Below, piece after piece: positions 52,172-60,961 of a stretch of DNA of 64,000 bases. Both the position numbers and the translations under genes were made by a program. Source of the stretch: Marivivens sp. (GTDB lineage: Bacteria; Pseudomonadota; Alphaproteobacteria; Rhodobacterales; Rhodobacteraceae); assembly GCA_023255435.1 (NCBI GenBank), contig JALRIK010000001.1, forward strand, positions 61,368-125,367. Reading direction: 5' to 3'. The notes beneath the pieces were generated by a model. The model ran no database searches. It was not told the origin of the DNA and saw only the letters and a list, made by a program, of their open reading frames with translations. How positions within the stretch are numbered: the first letter of the stretch is position 1; each line of letters begins with the position of its first letter.

Positions 52172-52618
52172 ATGTTTACCCAGATCGCTGTCGGATCTTT
52201 CATGCTGGTTGCATCGATCGCGTTTGCCGCTCTGACATTTTGGCTCCTCGAGCACTTTCTCACGCAAGCGGGAGGATGGATGACGCGGCGCCCCCATCGG
52301 CCGAAACTGGTTATGGCGCTGATTGTTTCATCTATCGCGATTTTGGGACAAGTGACGGTCAGCGTCTGGATGTGGGCAGGACTTCTCTGGTGGCTCGATC
52401 TTTTCGGGTCGCTCGAGCTTTCGGTCTATTTCGCTCTGACCTGCTTTACGACTTTGGGGTTCGGTGATGTCCTCTTGCCCGTGGAATGGCGACTGCTCGG
52501 CGGTTTGGCCGCGACAAACGGTCTGGTGAATATCGGGGTCGTGACAGCCGTCATGGTCGAAACTCTGCGCTTCATCCGGATGAACCAGATTCAGGCTCTC
52601 AGACCCAAGGCCGGCTAG
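52172..52618 (+). CDS. Small K+ channel family protein (pore-only)
   Basis: YF.LT.FTTLGFGD selectivity-filter motif flanked by TM helices; GGAG SD. Confidence 0.88.
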   Translation: MFTQIAVGSFMLVASIAFAALTFWLLEHFLTQAGGWMTRRPHRPKLVMALIVSSIAILGQVTVSVWMWAGLLWWLDLFGSLELSVYFALTCFTTLGFGDVLLPVEWRLLGGLAATNGLVNIGVVTAVMVETLRFIRMNQIQALRPKAG

Positions 52619-53505
52619 GCTTTGCCGCGTTTGGCAGACCGTTTGAGCGTAAAGACACCGCTTGCAACAATCATGACGCTGCCCAGAATGGTAAAGCTGT
52701 CGGGCGCCTCGCCGAACATCAAGAACCCCACGATGGCCGCGAAGATGAGACGCGAGTAGCGCCAAGGCGTCACCGAAGACACCTCTCCCGTGCGCATGGC
52801 CATGGTCAAGAATTGATAAGCGGCAATCCCGCAAACGGCAGTCGATCCGAGAACAAGCGTTTCTTTGCCCGATGGGAGCACCATACCCATTCCTGTGAAT
52901 GACAGGATGATCCCCGCAATCGAAAGCACGCTGAAACCCGCGACCCCCAGTTGCATGTTCGAGAGTTGAGGCGGCGCCGCTCGGGTTGCAAGATCTCGCC
53001 CCGCAAATCCGATCATCCCGATGAGAGACAAGATACTGAGAGGTGTAAAATCCTCGAGCCCCGGTCGCAGAATTACCAGAACGCCGAGGAACCCGACGAA
53101 AATCGCGGTCCAGCGTCGCCAGCCCACCTGTTCGCCGAACAAAACCGCAGCGCCCGCGACCACAACAAGCGGCGTTGCCTGCAAGATCGCTGTCGCAAGC
53201 GTGAGGGGCACAAGCATAAGGGAAGCGGTGTAGCTCAGTCGTCCTGTGACCTCGAAAAACGACCGCCAGAGCATTTGTTTGGAAAGATAGGACCTTGTCC
53301 AAAGAGTGTCGCCCTGACTGCGCGCGCGCAGCCCGAAAAAGACGATCCCGGTCAGGCCGATCATCATCAGGATCTGACCAAGCGGCATGGTCGCGGTCAG
53401 ATGTTTGATCAAGCTGTCTTCAAGTGTGAAGCCAACCATCGAGGCAACCATAAACAGGCTGCCCCGAATATTGTCGTTGAGCCCCGAAAGAGGGCTGATC
53501 CGCAT
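52615..53505 (-). CDS. DMT/EamA family transporter
   Basis: AILQATPL, GEQVGWRRW, PWRYSRL; start overlaps the dapA stop. Confidence 0.9.
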   Translation of the reverse strand: MRISPLSGLNDNIRGSLFMVASMVGFTLEDSLIKHLTATMPLGQILMMIGLTGIVFFGLRARSQGDTLWTRSYLSKQMLWRSFFEVTGRLSYTASLMLVPLTLATAILQATPLVVVAGAAVLFGEQVGWRRWTAIFVGFLGVLVILRPGLEDFTPLSILSLIGMIGFAGRDLATRAAPPQLSNMQLGVAGFSVLSIAGIILSFTGMGMVLPSGKETLVLGSTAVCGIAAYQFLTMAMRTGEVSSVTPWRYSRLIFAAIVGFLMFGEAPDSFTILGSVMIVASGVFTLKRSAKRGKA

Positions 53506-54377
53506 CAGTTCAAAAGGCCGGCGTGAACCATTGCTGCGCGGATCCGCTCTTTGGTAGTGTCGCTCAGGGGGGTCAGCGGCGAGCGGACTTCGTCGCTGCA
53601 AAGGCCGAGAAGCGACATACCGTATTTCGCACCGCACACACCCGGTTCAAGGAACACGGCCTCGTGGAGCGGCATAAGGCGGTCGAGATAGTCAAGCGCT
53701 TTGGCGTAGTCGCCAGCAAGCGTCGCCTCTTGGAATTCCGAACACAGGCGCGGCGCGATGTTGGCCGTCACCGAAATACAACCGACGCCGCCATGCGCGT
53801 TGAAGCCGAGCGCAGTAGCGTCTTCGCCCGATAGCTGGATGAAATCCGTCCCGCAAGTAATGCGGGTTTTAGGCACGCGCGAAAGGTCGCCCGTGGCGTC
53901 CTTGACTGCGATAATCTCGGGGAGTTTTGCAAGCTCGCCCATCGTCGCGGGGGTCATATCGACGACCGAACGGCCGGGTATGTTGTAGATAACGATCGGC
54001 AGGCCGCACTTGGCCGCAGCGGTGTAATGCGCGATCAGACCCGCTTGGGTCGGCTTGTTGTAATAGGGCGTCACAACAAGTGCGGCATCAGCACCCGCAG
54101 CTTTTGCGGCTTCGACAAGACGCACGGTTTCGATGGTGTTGTTCGAACCTGCACCTGCCACCACGGGAATGCGGCCCGCAGTAACCTTGACCACGGTTTC
54201 GACGACAAGATCGTGCTCTTCATGGCTGAGCGTCGGGCTTTCACCCGTGGTGCCGACCGGAACGAGACCGTGGCTGCCTTGCTCGATGTGCCACTCGACA
54301 AGTTTTTTGAGCGTGTCCAGATCCACTTGGCCGTCCTTGAACGGCGTAACCAGAGCAGGGAGAGACCCTTTGATCAT
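53505..54377 (-). CDS. dapA: 4-hydroxy-tetrahydrodipicolinate synthase
   Basis: [37 protein letters not shown]. Confidence 0.98.
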   Translation of the reverse strand: MIKGSLPALVTPFKDGQVDLDTLKKLVEWHIEQGSHGLVPVGTTGESPTLSHEEHDLVVETVVKVTAGRIPVVAGAGSNNTIETVRLVEAAKAAGADAALVVTPYYNKPTQAGLIAHYTAAAKCGLPIVIYNIPGRSVVDMTPATMGELAKLPEIIAVKDATGDLSRVPKTRITCGTDFIQLSGEDATALGFNAHGGVGCISVTANIAPRLCSEFQEATLAGDYAKALDYLDRLMPLHEAVFLEPGVCGAKYGMSLLGLCSDEVRSPLTPLSDTTKERIRAAMVHAGLLN

Positions 54378-54530
54378 GACGCACTTCCTTTGTCGTGTTG
54401 GGGGCATTGAGTCGGCCCCGATGAAATCGGGCGGAACCTAGACGTCTTTCCGCCGATTGCCAAGTTTGTGAGTTGAGTTGTGACAACTTCACGATACCTT
54501 TGTTTCAAGATGAGCAGAAAGAAAAACATA

Positions 54531-56609
54531 ATGTTTCGAGCAGGCACCTTGGCGCTGGCACTCGTGGTGACGAGCTATTCCGCCGTTGTCGGGCAGGTTT
54601 CAGACCAAATTCAGTCACTTAGAGACGCGGTTGCGATTGGCCGCGATGGAGATTGGGTCCAAGCCGAGGCAAGTGTTGCCCAAGCGGATTCGCTCACGCG
54701 GGATCTGCTGACCTGGACCCGACTTCGCGAGGGGGAAGGGGAGTTTTCCGAGTATCGTGACTTTCTTGCCAGTCATCCAGATTGGCCCGGGTTGGACCGG
54801 CTTCATTCCTCGGGCGAGGCAAGCCTTGCCAAGATGACCGATCCGCTGGCGGTCCTTGCTTATTTCGAAACGGAAAAACCCGATACAGGAGAAGGGGTTC
54901 TGGCCTATGCTCGGGCGTTAAAGGCGCTCGGACGCCAAACCGATCTTTCGGTGTATCTGTCCGAGGCTTGGTTGAGTGTCGGAACCACAGACGAAGAATT
55001 CGCGAGCCTCATTGCAGAGTTCGGCGCTTTGCTCGCGCCTTATCATGTTGATCGGGCCAAGGCGCTCTTGTGGCGTTGGAAGACCGATGACGCGGAGCGC
55101 CTGTTGCCGCTCGTGCCCGAAGACGAGGGCAAATTGATCGCAGCGCGCATCGGTTTCATTCGCAAATCCGGTGACGCGCAACAGCGGTATGAATCGGTGC
55201 CGACCGCCCTTCGGTCGGATGCAGGGCTCCAGTATGACAGGTATAATTGGCTTTCGGATCAGGGAGAAAGAACCGAGGCGATCGCTATTCTTAAAGCCTA
55301 TTCGAGTAGCGCAGAAAAGCTCGAACAGCCGTTCCGTTGGTCGGGTTGGCGTCGTTCTCTCGCGCGTTGGAAGATGCGGGAAGGCGAGTATCAGGAAGCC
55401 TATGAGCTCGCGGCAAAACACTTTATGTCGCCCGAGGACGGATTTAATTATGTCGATCTTGAATGGATCGCGGGGTTCGTGGCGCTTCGGTTTCTGGACA
55501 AGCCCGAGTTGGCGCTCTCGCATTTCCAAGCGGGTCTGAATGCGGTTGAAAGTCCGATTTCTTTGGCCCAGTCGGGGTATTGGCTCGGGCGGACCTATGA
55601 TGCCCTTGGAGATGCGGCGAGCGCTCGGGTGGCCTATGAAGCAGCGGCGAAACACCAGACGGCCTATTACGGTCTTTTGGCTGCTGAACGATTGGGGCAG
55701 TCGCTCGACCCGAAGCTTCTCGGCACCGAGGCATTTCCGGATTGGCAACGCGCTCAATTCCTCCAGACCGAGATAAGTCGGGCGGCCCTAACCCTTTTGG
55801 CCGCAGGCGAGAGGTCATCAGCGGTGCTTTTCGTGATGAAACTTGCTCAGACCCTGGAACGAGAAGAAATCGGTCAGCTCGGCGCAATGCTTCGGGACAT
55901 GAACGAGCCGTTTTTTCAGGTGCTGGTCGCCAAGACCGCTGTTACGCGCGGGATCATTATTCATGAAAGTTATTTTCCGCTCCATGATCTCGCCAAGATG
56001 GATATCCCCGTCAACCACGAACTTGCTCTTGCGATTGCGCGGCGGGAAAGTGAATTCAACGAAGTCGTGGGAAGTCCTGTGGGCGCGCTTGGCCTGATGC
56101 AGGTCATGCCTGCGACCGCGGAAGAAGTCGCAGGGGACCTTGGGCTTGCCTTCTCGAAGTCCCGATTGACATCGGATTGGCGGTATAACGCGCAAATCGG
56201 CACGCGCTATCTCGAGATGTTGCAAGAGGAATTCGGGCCTTCGCCCGTGATGATCGCCGCGGGTTACAACGCGGGGCCGAGCCGTCCGAAAACTTGGATG
56301 GACGAGAGGGGTGATCCGCGTTTGGGCGAGGTAGACGTTATCGACTGGGTCGAGATGATCCCGTTTCGCGAAACCCGCAATTACGTCCAGCGTGTCACCG
56401 AGGCGATCCCGATCTACGAGGCGCGCTTGACGGGTGAGGCCGGACCGATCCGCTTTACGGAGTTGTTGCGCGGTGTCAAACCGTTGGTCCGCCCGAAATC
56501 GAGGTCGGACGGCTCTATCGAAACGGTCCAAGTGCCTGTTACATCTCCTGCCCTCGATGCTGGCGACGCGGTTGCGACAAGCCTTAGACCTCGGGCAAGG
56601 GGACGCTAG
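54531..56609 (+). CDS. Soluble lytic transglycosylase (Slt70-like)
   Basis: Signal peptide, helical repeats, IARRESEF, GALGLMQVMP.TA, AGYNAGP, IPFRETRNYV. Confidence 0.93.
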   Translation: MFRAGTLALALVVTSYSAVVGQVSDQIQSLRDAVAIGRDGDWVQAEASVAQADSLTRDLLTWTRLREGEGEFSEYRDFLASHPDWPGLDRLHSSGEASLAKMTDPLAVLAYFETEKPDTGEGVLAYARALKALGRQTDLSVYLSEAWLSVGTTDEEFASLIAEFGALLAPYHVDRAKALLWRWKTDDAERLLPLVPEDEGKLIAARIGFIRKSGDAQQRYESVPTALRSDAGLQYDRYNWLSDQGERTEAIAILKAYSSSAEKLEQPFRWSGWRRSLARWKMREGEYQEAYELAAKHFMSPEDGFNYVDLEWIAGFVALRFLDKPELALSHFQAGLNAVESPISLAQSGYWLGRTYDALGDAASARVAYEAAAKHQTAYYGLLAAERLGQSLDPKLLGTEAFPDWQRAQFLQTEISRAALTLLAAGERSSAVLFVMKLAQTLEREEIGQLGAMLRDMNEPFFQVLVAKTAVTRGIIIHESYFPLHDLAKMDIPVNHELALAIARRESEFNEVVGSPVGALGLMQVMPATAEEVAGDLGLAFSKSRLTSDWRYNAQIGTRYLEMLQEEFGPSPVMIAAGYNAGPSRPKTWMDERGDPRLGEVDVIDWVEMIPFRETRNYVQRVTEAIPIYEARLTGEAGPIRFTELLRGVKPLVRPKSRSDGSIETVQVPVTSPALDAGDAVATSLRPRARGR

Positions 56610-57478
56610 GCGCGTTTTCGGGCGTTTTCCCTCCAGAGCGTGAAGAGACCCGCGCCGACCACAATGGCTGCACCGACGGCGACATTGATCCGAAGAATGT
56701 CGCCGAAGACCAACAGCCCGATGATGGATGCAAAGACGAGCTGGAAATAGGCAAAAGGCTGAACCGCGCTTGCTTCGGCCACTTCATAGCACTTGATCAG
56801 AAGGTAGTGGCCGAGCGCTCCTGTGACACAGAGCGCCGCCATAAAGACCCAATCGCGTGGGGTCATCGGCTCCCAATACCATATACCAATGGATGTCATC
56901 ACCACCGCGCCGACGATGCCCGTCCAGAAAAACGACGTCGTGGTGCTGTCCTTGCGCGAGGCGTAGCGCGTCAGAAGTCCGTAGAGCGCGAACATGATTG
57001 CAGCAGTAAGAGGCCAGAGCGCGTTGATGTCGAACACCGAATGTCCCGGGTTGAGGATGATCAGGATCCCGATAAATCCCATGCCGATCGCGGCCCAGCG
57101 TCGCCAACCGACATTTTCGCCCAGAATAGGACCCGAAAGCCCTGCAATGATGAGCGGATAGGCGGCGAAAATCGCGTGGCTCTCTACAAGACCGAGCATC
57201 ACAAATCCCGTGACCATCACACAGATTTCAAGCGACAAAAGCGCGCCGCGTATGATTTGCAAGACGGGCTGCGCGGTTCTGGCTGCGTTTGAAATCGAGC
57301 CTGATTGCTTTTTGGCAATGGCGATGACAAAGGCAGCAAAGAACCAATAGCGGATCATCACGACCATACGTACGTCATAGATCCCGGCAAGGTGCCGCGA
57401 TAAGCCGTCCTGAAGCGCAAAGACGAAAGTGGTGGCGACCATCAAGATGATCCCGAGACGGGCATTCGACTGTTGCAT
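56606..57478 (-). CDS. DMT/EamA family transporter
   Basis: LGENVGWRRW, EASAVQPFAYFQL. Confidence 0.9.
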   Translation of the reverse strand: MQQSNARLGIILMVATTFVFALQDGLSRHLAGIYDVRMVVMIRYWFFAAFVIAIAKKQSGSISNAARTAQPVLQIIRGALLSLEICVMVTGFVMLGLVESHAIFAAYPLIIAGLSGPILGENVGWRRWAAIGMGFIGILIILNPGHSVFDINALWPLTAAIMFALYGLLTRYASRKDSTTTSFFWTGIVGAVVMTSIGIWYWEPMTPRDWVFMAALCVTGALGHYLLIKCYEVAEASAVQPFAYFQLVFASIIGLLVFGDILRINVAVGAAIVVGAGLFTLWRENARKRA

Positions 57479-58152
57479 CAGAGTTTCCTTGCCCGTGTCA
57501 TGTGGCGTTTGCGTCCAAATCCTGCAGTGCGTTCGACCTCAAAGCCTGCCTCTTCCAACGAGCGTCTGACGTGGCCTGCCGCCGTATAGGTCGCGGCGGT
57601 CCCGCCCGTTTTGGTATGTCGACCGACTTCGGCCATGAGATCGGCGCCCCACATTTCGGGATTCTTTGCGGGTGAAAAACCGTCCAGAAACCACGCGTCA
57701 GCGGCCAAATCGCTTTTTGGGAGTGTCTCGCGCACATCACCAAGCACGATGTCGAGACGGATGATCCCGAAGTCATGGACCTGCCCACCTTTTTCGATCG
57801 AAGCAATCAGGAGCGGTGCAAGTTCGGCGACCTCGGGGAAGGCATCCAGCGCCTTCCGCATCTCCTCTGCACTCATCGGAAAGGCCTCGAAGGTTGTGAA
57901 GGTGACGGGACCTGTGCACCCGTGATCGTTCATTACCTTCCACAGGGTGAGGAAATTAAGTCCTGTGCCGAAGCCCAATTCGCCGACAGCAAAGGGTCCA
58001 GTGATCCGTTTCGGAAGATCGTTTCCTTCAAGAAAGACATACCGCGTCTCCGCCAAGCCATTGTCGAGCGAGAAATAGGGGTCGTCAAACTGCGTGGAGA
58101 TCGGGATTTTTCCGTCACGCCATTCGAGCTGCGCTTGCTGCTGGTCGTTCAT
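57478..58152 (-). CDS. mnmD: tRNA mnm5s2U34 methyltransferase (MnmC N-terminal domain, stand-alone)
   Basis: FDDPYFS, ET.YVFL.GN, ELGFGTGLNF, WFLDGFSPAKNP, GFG.KR.M. Confidence 0.93.
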   Translation of the reverse strand: MNDQQQAQLEWRDGKIPISTQFDDPYFSLDNGLAETRYVFLEGNDLPKRITGPFAVGELGFGTGLNFLTLWKVMNDHGCTGPVTFTTFEAFPMSAEEMRKALDAFPEVAELAPLLIASIEKGGQVHDFGIIRLDIVLGDVRETLPKSDLAADAWFLDGFSPAKNPEMWGADLMAEVGRHTKTGGTAATYTAAGHVRRSLEEAGFEVERTAGFGRKRHMTRARKL

Positions 58153-58199
58153 TCGATTGTGCCTTAGGTTCAGCGCGACTTTGCTGAAAGGAAATGGGA

Positions 58200-59240
58200 A
58201 TGGCAACGCCAGACATCACTATTCTTGGAGCTGGCGCTTTTGGATTGGCTGTCGGCTTTGCTCTCGCCAAGCGCGGCGCAAAGGTTCGTGTTCTTGATCC
58301 GAACGGTGTTGCCTCGGGGTCTTCTGGTGGACTTGTCGGGGCCCTTGCTCCGCATGTCCCCGAAAACTGGAATGACAAAAAAGCCTTCCAACTTGAAAGC
58401 CTTTTGATGGCTGAACACTTTTGGAAAGAGGTTCATGACATCTCTGGGCAAGACCCGGGGTATCTACGGTCGGGACGTTTGCAGCCGCTAGCTGACGAGC
58501 GTGCCGTCATTACTGCAAGAGTGCGCGGCGAAAACGCTTCTACCCTATGGCAAGGTCAGGCGGATTGGTCCGTGGTGCCCGCCACGGACTATGGCGATTG
58601 GGCGCCGCAAAGCGCGACGGGCTTTTTGGTGCACGACACACTGACTGCGCGGATACACCCGCGCAATGCGACCCATGCCCTTGCCGAAGCGATCTGCGCC
58701 CTTGGAGGCGAGATTCTTGCGGATGGGGAAGTAAAGGGGCAGGTGGTTTACGCGACAGGCTGGCGCGGTCTTGTTTCGCTTTCCGAAGCGCTTGGCAAGA
58801 ACATCGGTAACGGTGTCAAAGGCCAAGCCGCGCTCTTGGATTTCAAAGCCGAAGCATCGCCCCAACTCTACGCGGACAGTCTCCACATCGTGCCGCATGC
58901 AAACGGCACGGTTGCTATCGGATCGACAAGCGAACGCGAGTTCGATGCCCCCGATACAACGGATCAGCAGCTTGACGACGTGATCAGTCGTGCCATCGCC
59001 GCCTTTCCCGTTTTGGAAGGTGCCAAGGTCATCGAGCGCTGGGCGGGTGTGCGCCCTCGAGCAAAAAGCCGAGCGCCGATGCTTGGCCGTCATCCGTTGG
59101 ATCGTGAGGCATTTATTGCCAACGGTGGTTTCAAAATCGGTTTCGGAATGGCGCCAAAGGTCGCACAAGTGATGGCCGATCTCATTCTCGATGGTGTGGA
59201 TAGGGTCCCAACAGGATTCAAACCCGAAGCCTCGCTCTAG
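58200..59240 (+). CDS. FAD-dependent oxidoreductase (MnmC C-terminal-like)
   Basis: ILGAGAFG, G.SGG..GAL.PH, VKGQ, WAGVRP, NGGFKIG; divergent from mnmD. Confidence 0.85.
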   Translation: MATPDITILGAGAFGLAVGFALAKRGAKVRVLDPNGVASGSSGGLVGALAPHVPENWNDKKAFQLESLLMAEHFWKEVHDISGQDPGYLRSGRLQPLADERAVITARVRGENASTLWQGQADWSVVPATDYGDWAPQSATGFLVHDTLTARIHPRNATHALAEAICALGGEILADGEVKGQVVYATGWRGLVSLSEALGKNIGNGVKGQAALLDFKAEASPQLYADSLHIVPHANGTVAIGSTSEREFDAPDTTDQQLDDVISRAIAAFPVLEGAKVIERWAGVRPRAKSRAPMLGRHPLDREAFIANGGFKIGFGMAPKVAQVMADLILDGVDRVPTGFKPEASL

Positions 59241-59299
59241 GGACTTTGCGCATTCAATTGCCCTAGGCTACTCTCGCGACGAAACAAAAGGAGTTTTCC

Positions 59300-60946
59300 A
59301 TGCGCCACGGCGGTCAAATCCTCGTCGATCAACTGTCGATCTTTGGTGTCGAACGCGTGTTTTCGGTGCCCGGCGAAAGTTTTCTCGCGGCTTTGGACGG
59401 TCTTCACGGGAGTAAGATTCAGAACGTCGTTTGTCGGCACGAGGGCGGCGCTGCAATGATGGCGGAAGCCGACGGCAAATTGACGGGCAAGCCCGGTATT
59501 GCCTTTGTGACACGGGGTCCGGGGGCGACAAATGCTTCGGCAGGGGTGCATGTCGCACGTCAGGATTCGACCCCGCTGATCCTTTTTGTCGGACAGATTG
59601 CGCGGGACCATCGCGATCGTGAAGTTTTTCAAGAAGTCGATTACCGCGCGATGTTTGGCCCTCTTGCGAAATGGGTGGCCGAGATCGATCAGACCGAGCG
59701 CATTCCCGAATATATCGCGCGCGCCTTTGCCATTGCCACGAGCGGACGCCCTGGTCCTGTCGTGCTTGCCCTGCCCGAAGACATGCTGTCGTCCGAGGCA
59801 GAGGTTCAGGATTGCAATGGTCCCGCACAGCTCCTCGCGGGTGATTTGAGCTTGGCCGCAGAGCGCTGCATCGCATGGCTTGGCGAGGCGGAGCGCCCCC
59901 TGATCGTTGTGGGTGGTCCCCATTGGTCACCAGAAGCTGCGCATGATCTTGCCCGATTTGCCGAGGCCCAAAGGGTTCCAGTCGCTCTCTCGTTCCGCCG
60001 ACAGGATTATCTCGATAACCGCCATCCTGCCTATTGCGGTGATCTGAACGTCGGTATGAACCCCGCGCTTGGTCAAATCGTGGCCGAGGCCGACCGGCTT
60101 CTTCTGCTGGGAACACGATTTGGGGATATCGAAACCCGCGGCTTTGAACTTGTGGATCCGGTGACGACGGACAAACGGTTCTTTCAGGTGCATGCGGACC
60201 CCGATGAAATTTCACACCTATGGCAAGCCGATTTTAACGTGACTGCCACCGCAATGGATTTCGTTTCGGCGCTTGCGCGGCACGAGGCGCAATCGGAGCG
60301 CTCGCTCGACTGGCAACAAAAAGCGCGTTCTGCTTATACTGGCTGGATCACCCCCAAGCAGACCCCCGGCGAGGTGAAAATGGAACAGGTCGTTCGCTGG
60401 CTTTCGGACCATCTTCCCGAGACGGCGATCGTCACAAACGGGGCGGGCAACTATGCGGCATGGCTCCACCGCTATTTCGAATACAAGGGGTTCCGAACCC
60501 AGCTTGCTCCGACTTCGGGTTCGATGGGATATGGGTTCCCTGCTGCGATTGCCGCGTCCTTGCGCTTTCCTGATAAGACGGTTGTCTGCCTTGCGGGGGA
60601 TGGCTGTTTTCAAATGACCCTCAACGAGATGTCGACCGCGGTCCAGCATGGCGCCAAGCCGATTGTCATCGTTGTGAACAATGGCCAATACGGCACCATC
60701 CGCATGCATCAGGAAAAGCGGTTCACAAACCGCGTTTCGGGCACCGAACTTGCCAATCCCGACTTTGCTGGTCTTGCAGTCGCATATGGGGGCCACGGTG
60801 AAGTCGTCACGACGCAATCCATGTTTGCCAATGCCTTCGAGCGGGCTCATGCCTCTGGCAAACTTGCGGTGATCGAACTTCGGGTCGACCCCGAGGCTTT
60901 GACGGCGGGGCAGACGCTCTCAGAAATTCGCGCGTCCGCCAACTGA
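59300..60946 (+). CDS. Thiamine-pyrophosphate enzyme, acetolactate synthase-like
   Basis: VPGESFL, RHEGGAAMMAEA, TRGPG.TN, SGSMGYG, GDG...NN TPP motif. Confidence 0.92.
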   Translation: MRHGGQILVDQLSIFGVERVFSVPGESFLAALDGLHGSKIQNVVCRHEGGAAMMAEADGKLTGKPGIAFVTRGPGATNASAGVHVARQDSTPLILFVGQIARDHRDREVFQEVDYRAMFGPLAKWVAEIDQTERIPEYIARAFAIATSGRPGPVVLALPEDMLSSEAEVQDCNGPAQLLAGDLSLAAERCIAWLGEAERPLIVVGGPHWSPEAAHDLARFAEAQRVPVALSFRRQDYLDNRHPAYCGDLNVGMNPALGQIVAEADRLLLLGTRFGDIETRGFELVDPVTTDKRFFQVHADPDEISHLWQADFNVTATAMDFVSALARHEAQSERSLDWQQKARSAYTGWITPKQTPGEVKMEQVVRWLSDHLPETAIVTNGAGNYAAWLHRYFEYKGFRTQLAPTSGSMGYGFPAAIAASLRFPDKTVVCLAGDGCFQMTLNEMSTAVQHGAKPIVIVVNNGQYGTIRMHQEKRFTNRVSGTELANPDFAGLAVAYGGHGEVVTTQSMFANAFERAHASGKLAVIELRVDPEALTAGQTLSEIRASAN

Positions 60947-60961
60947 GGCTGCCTAGGTTGA

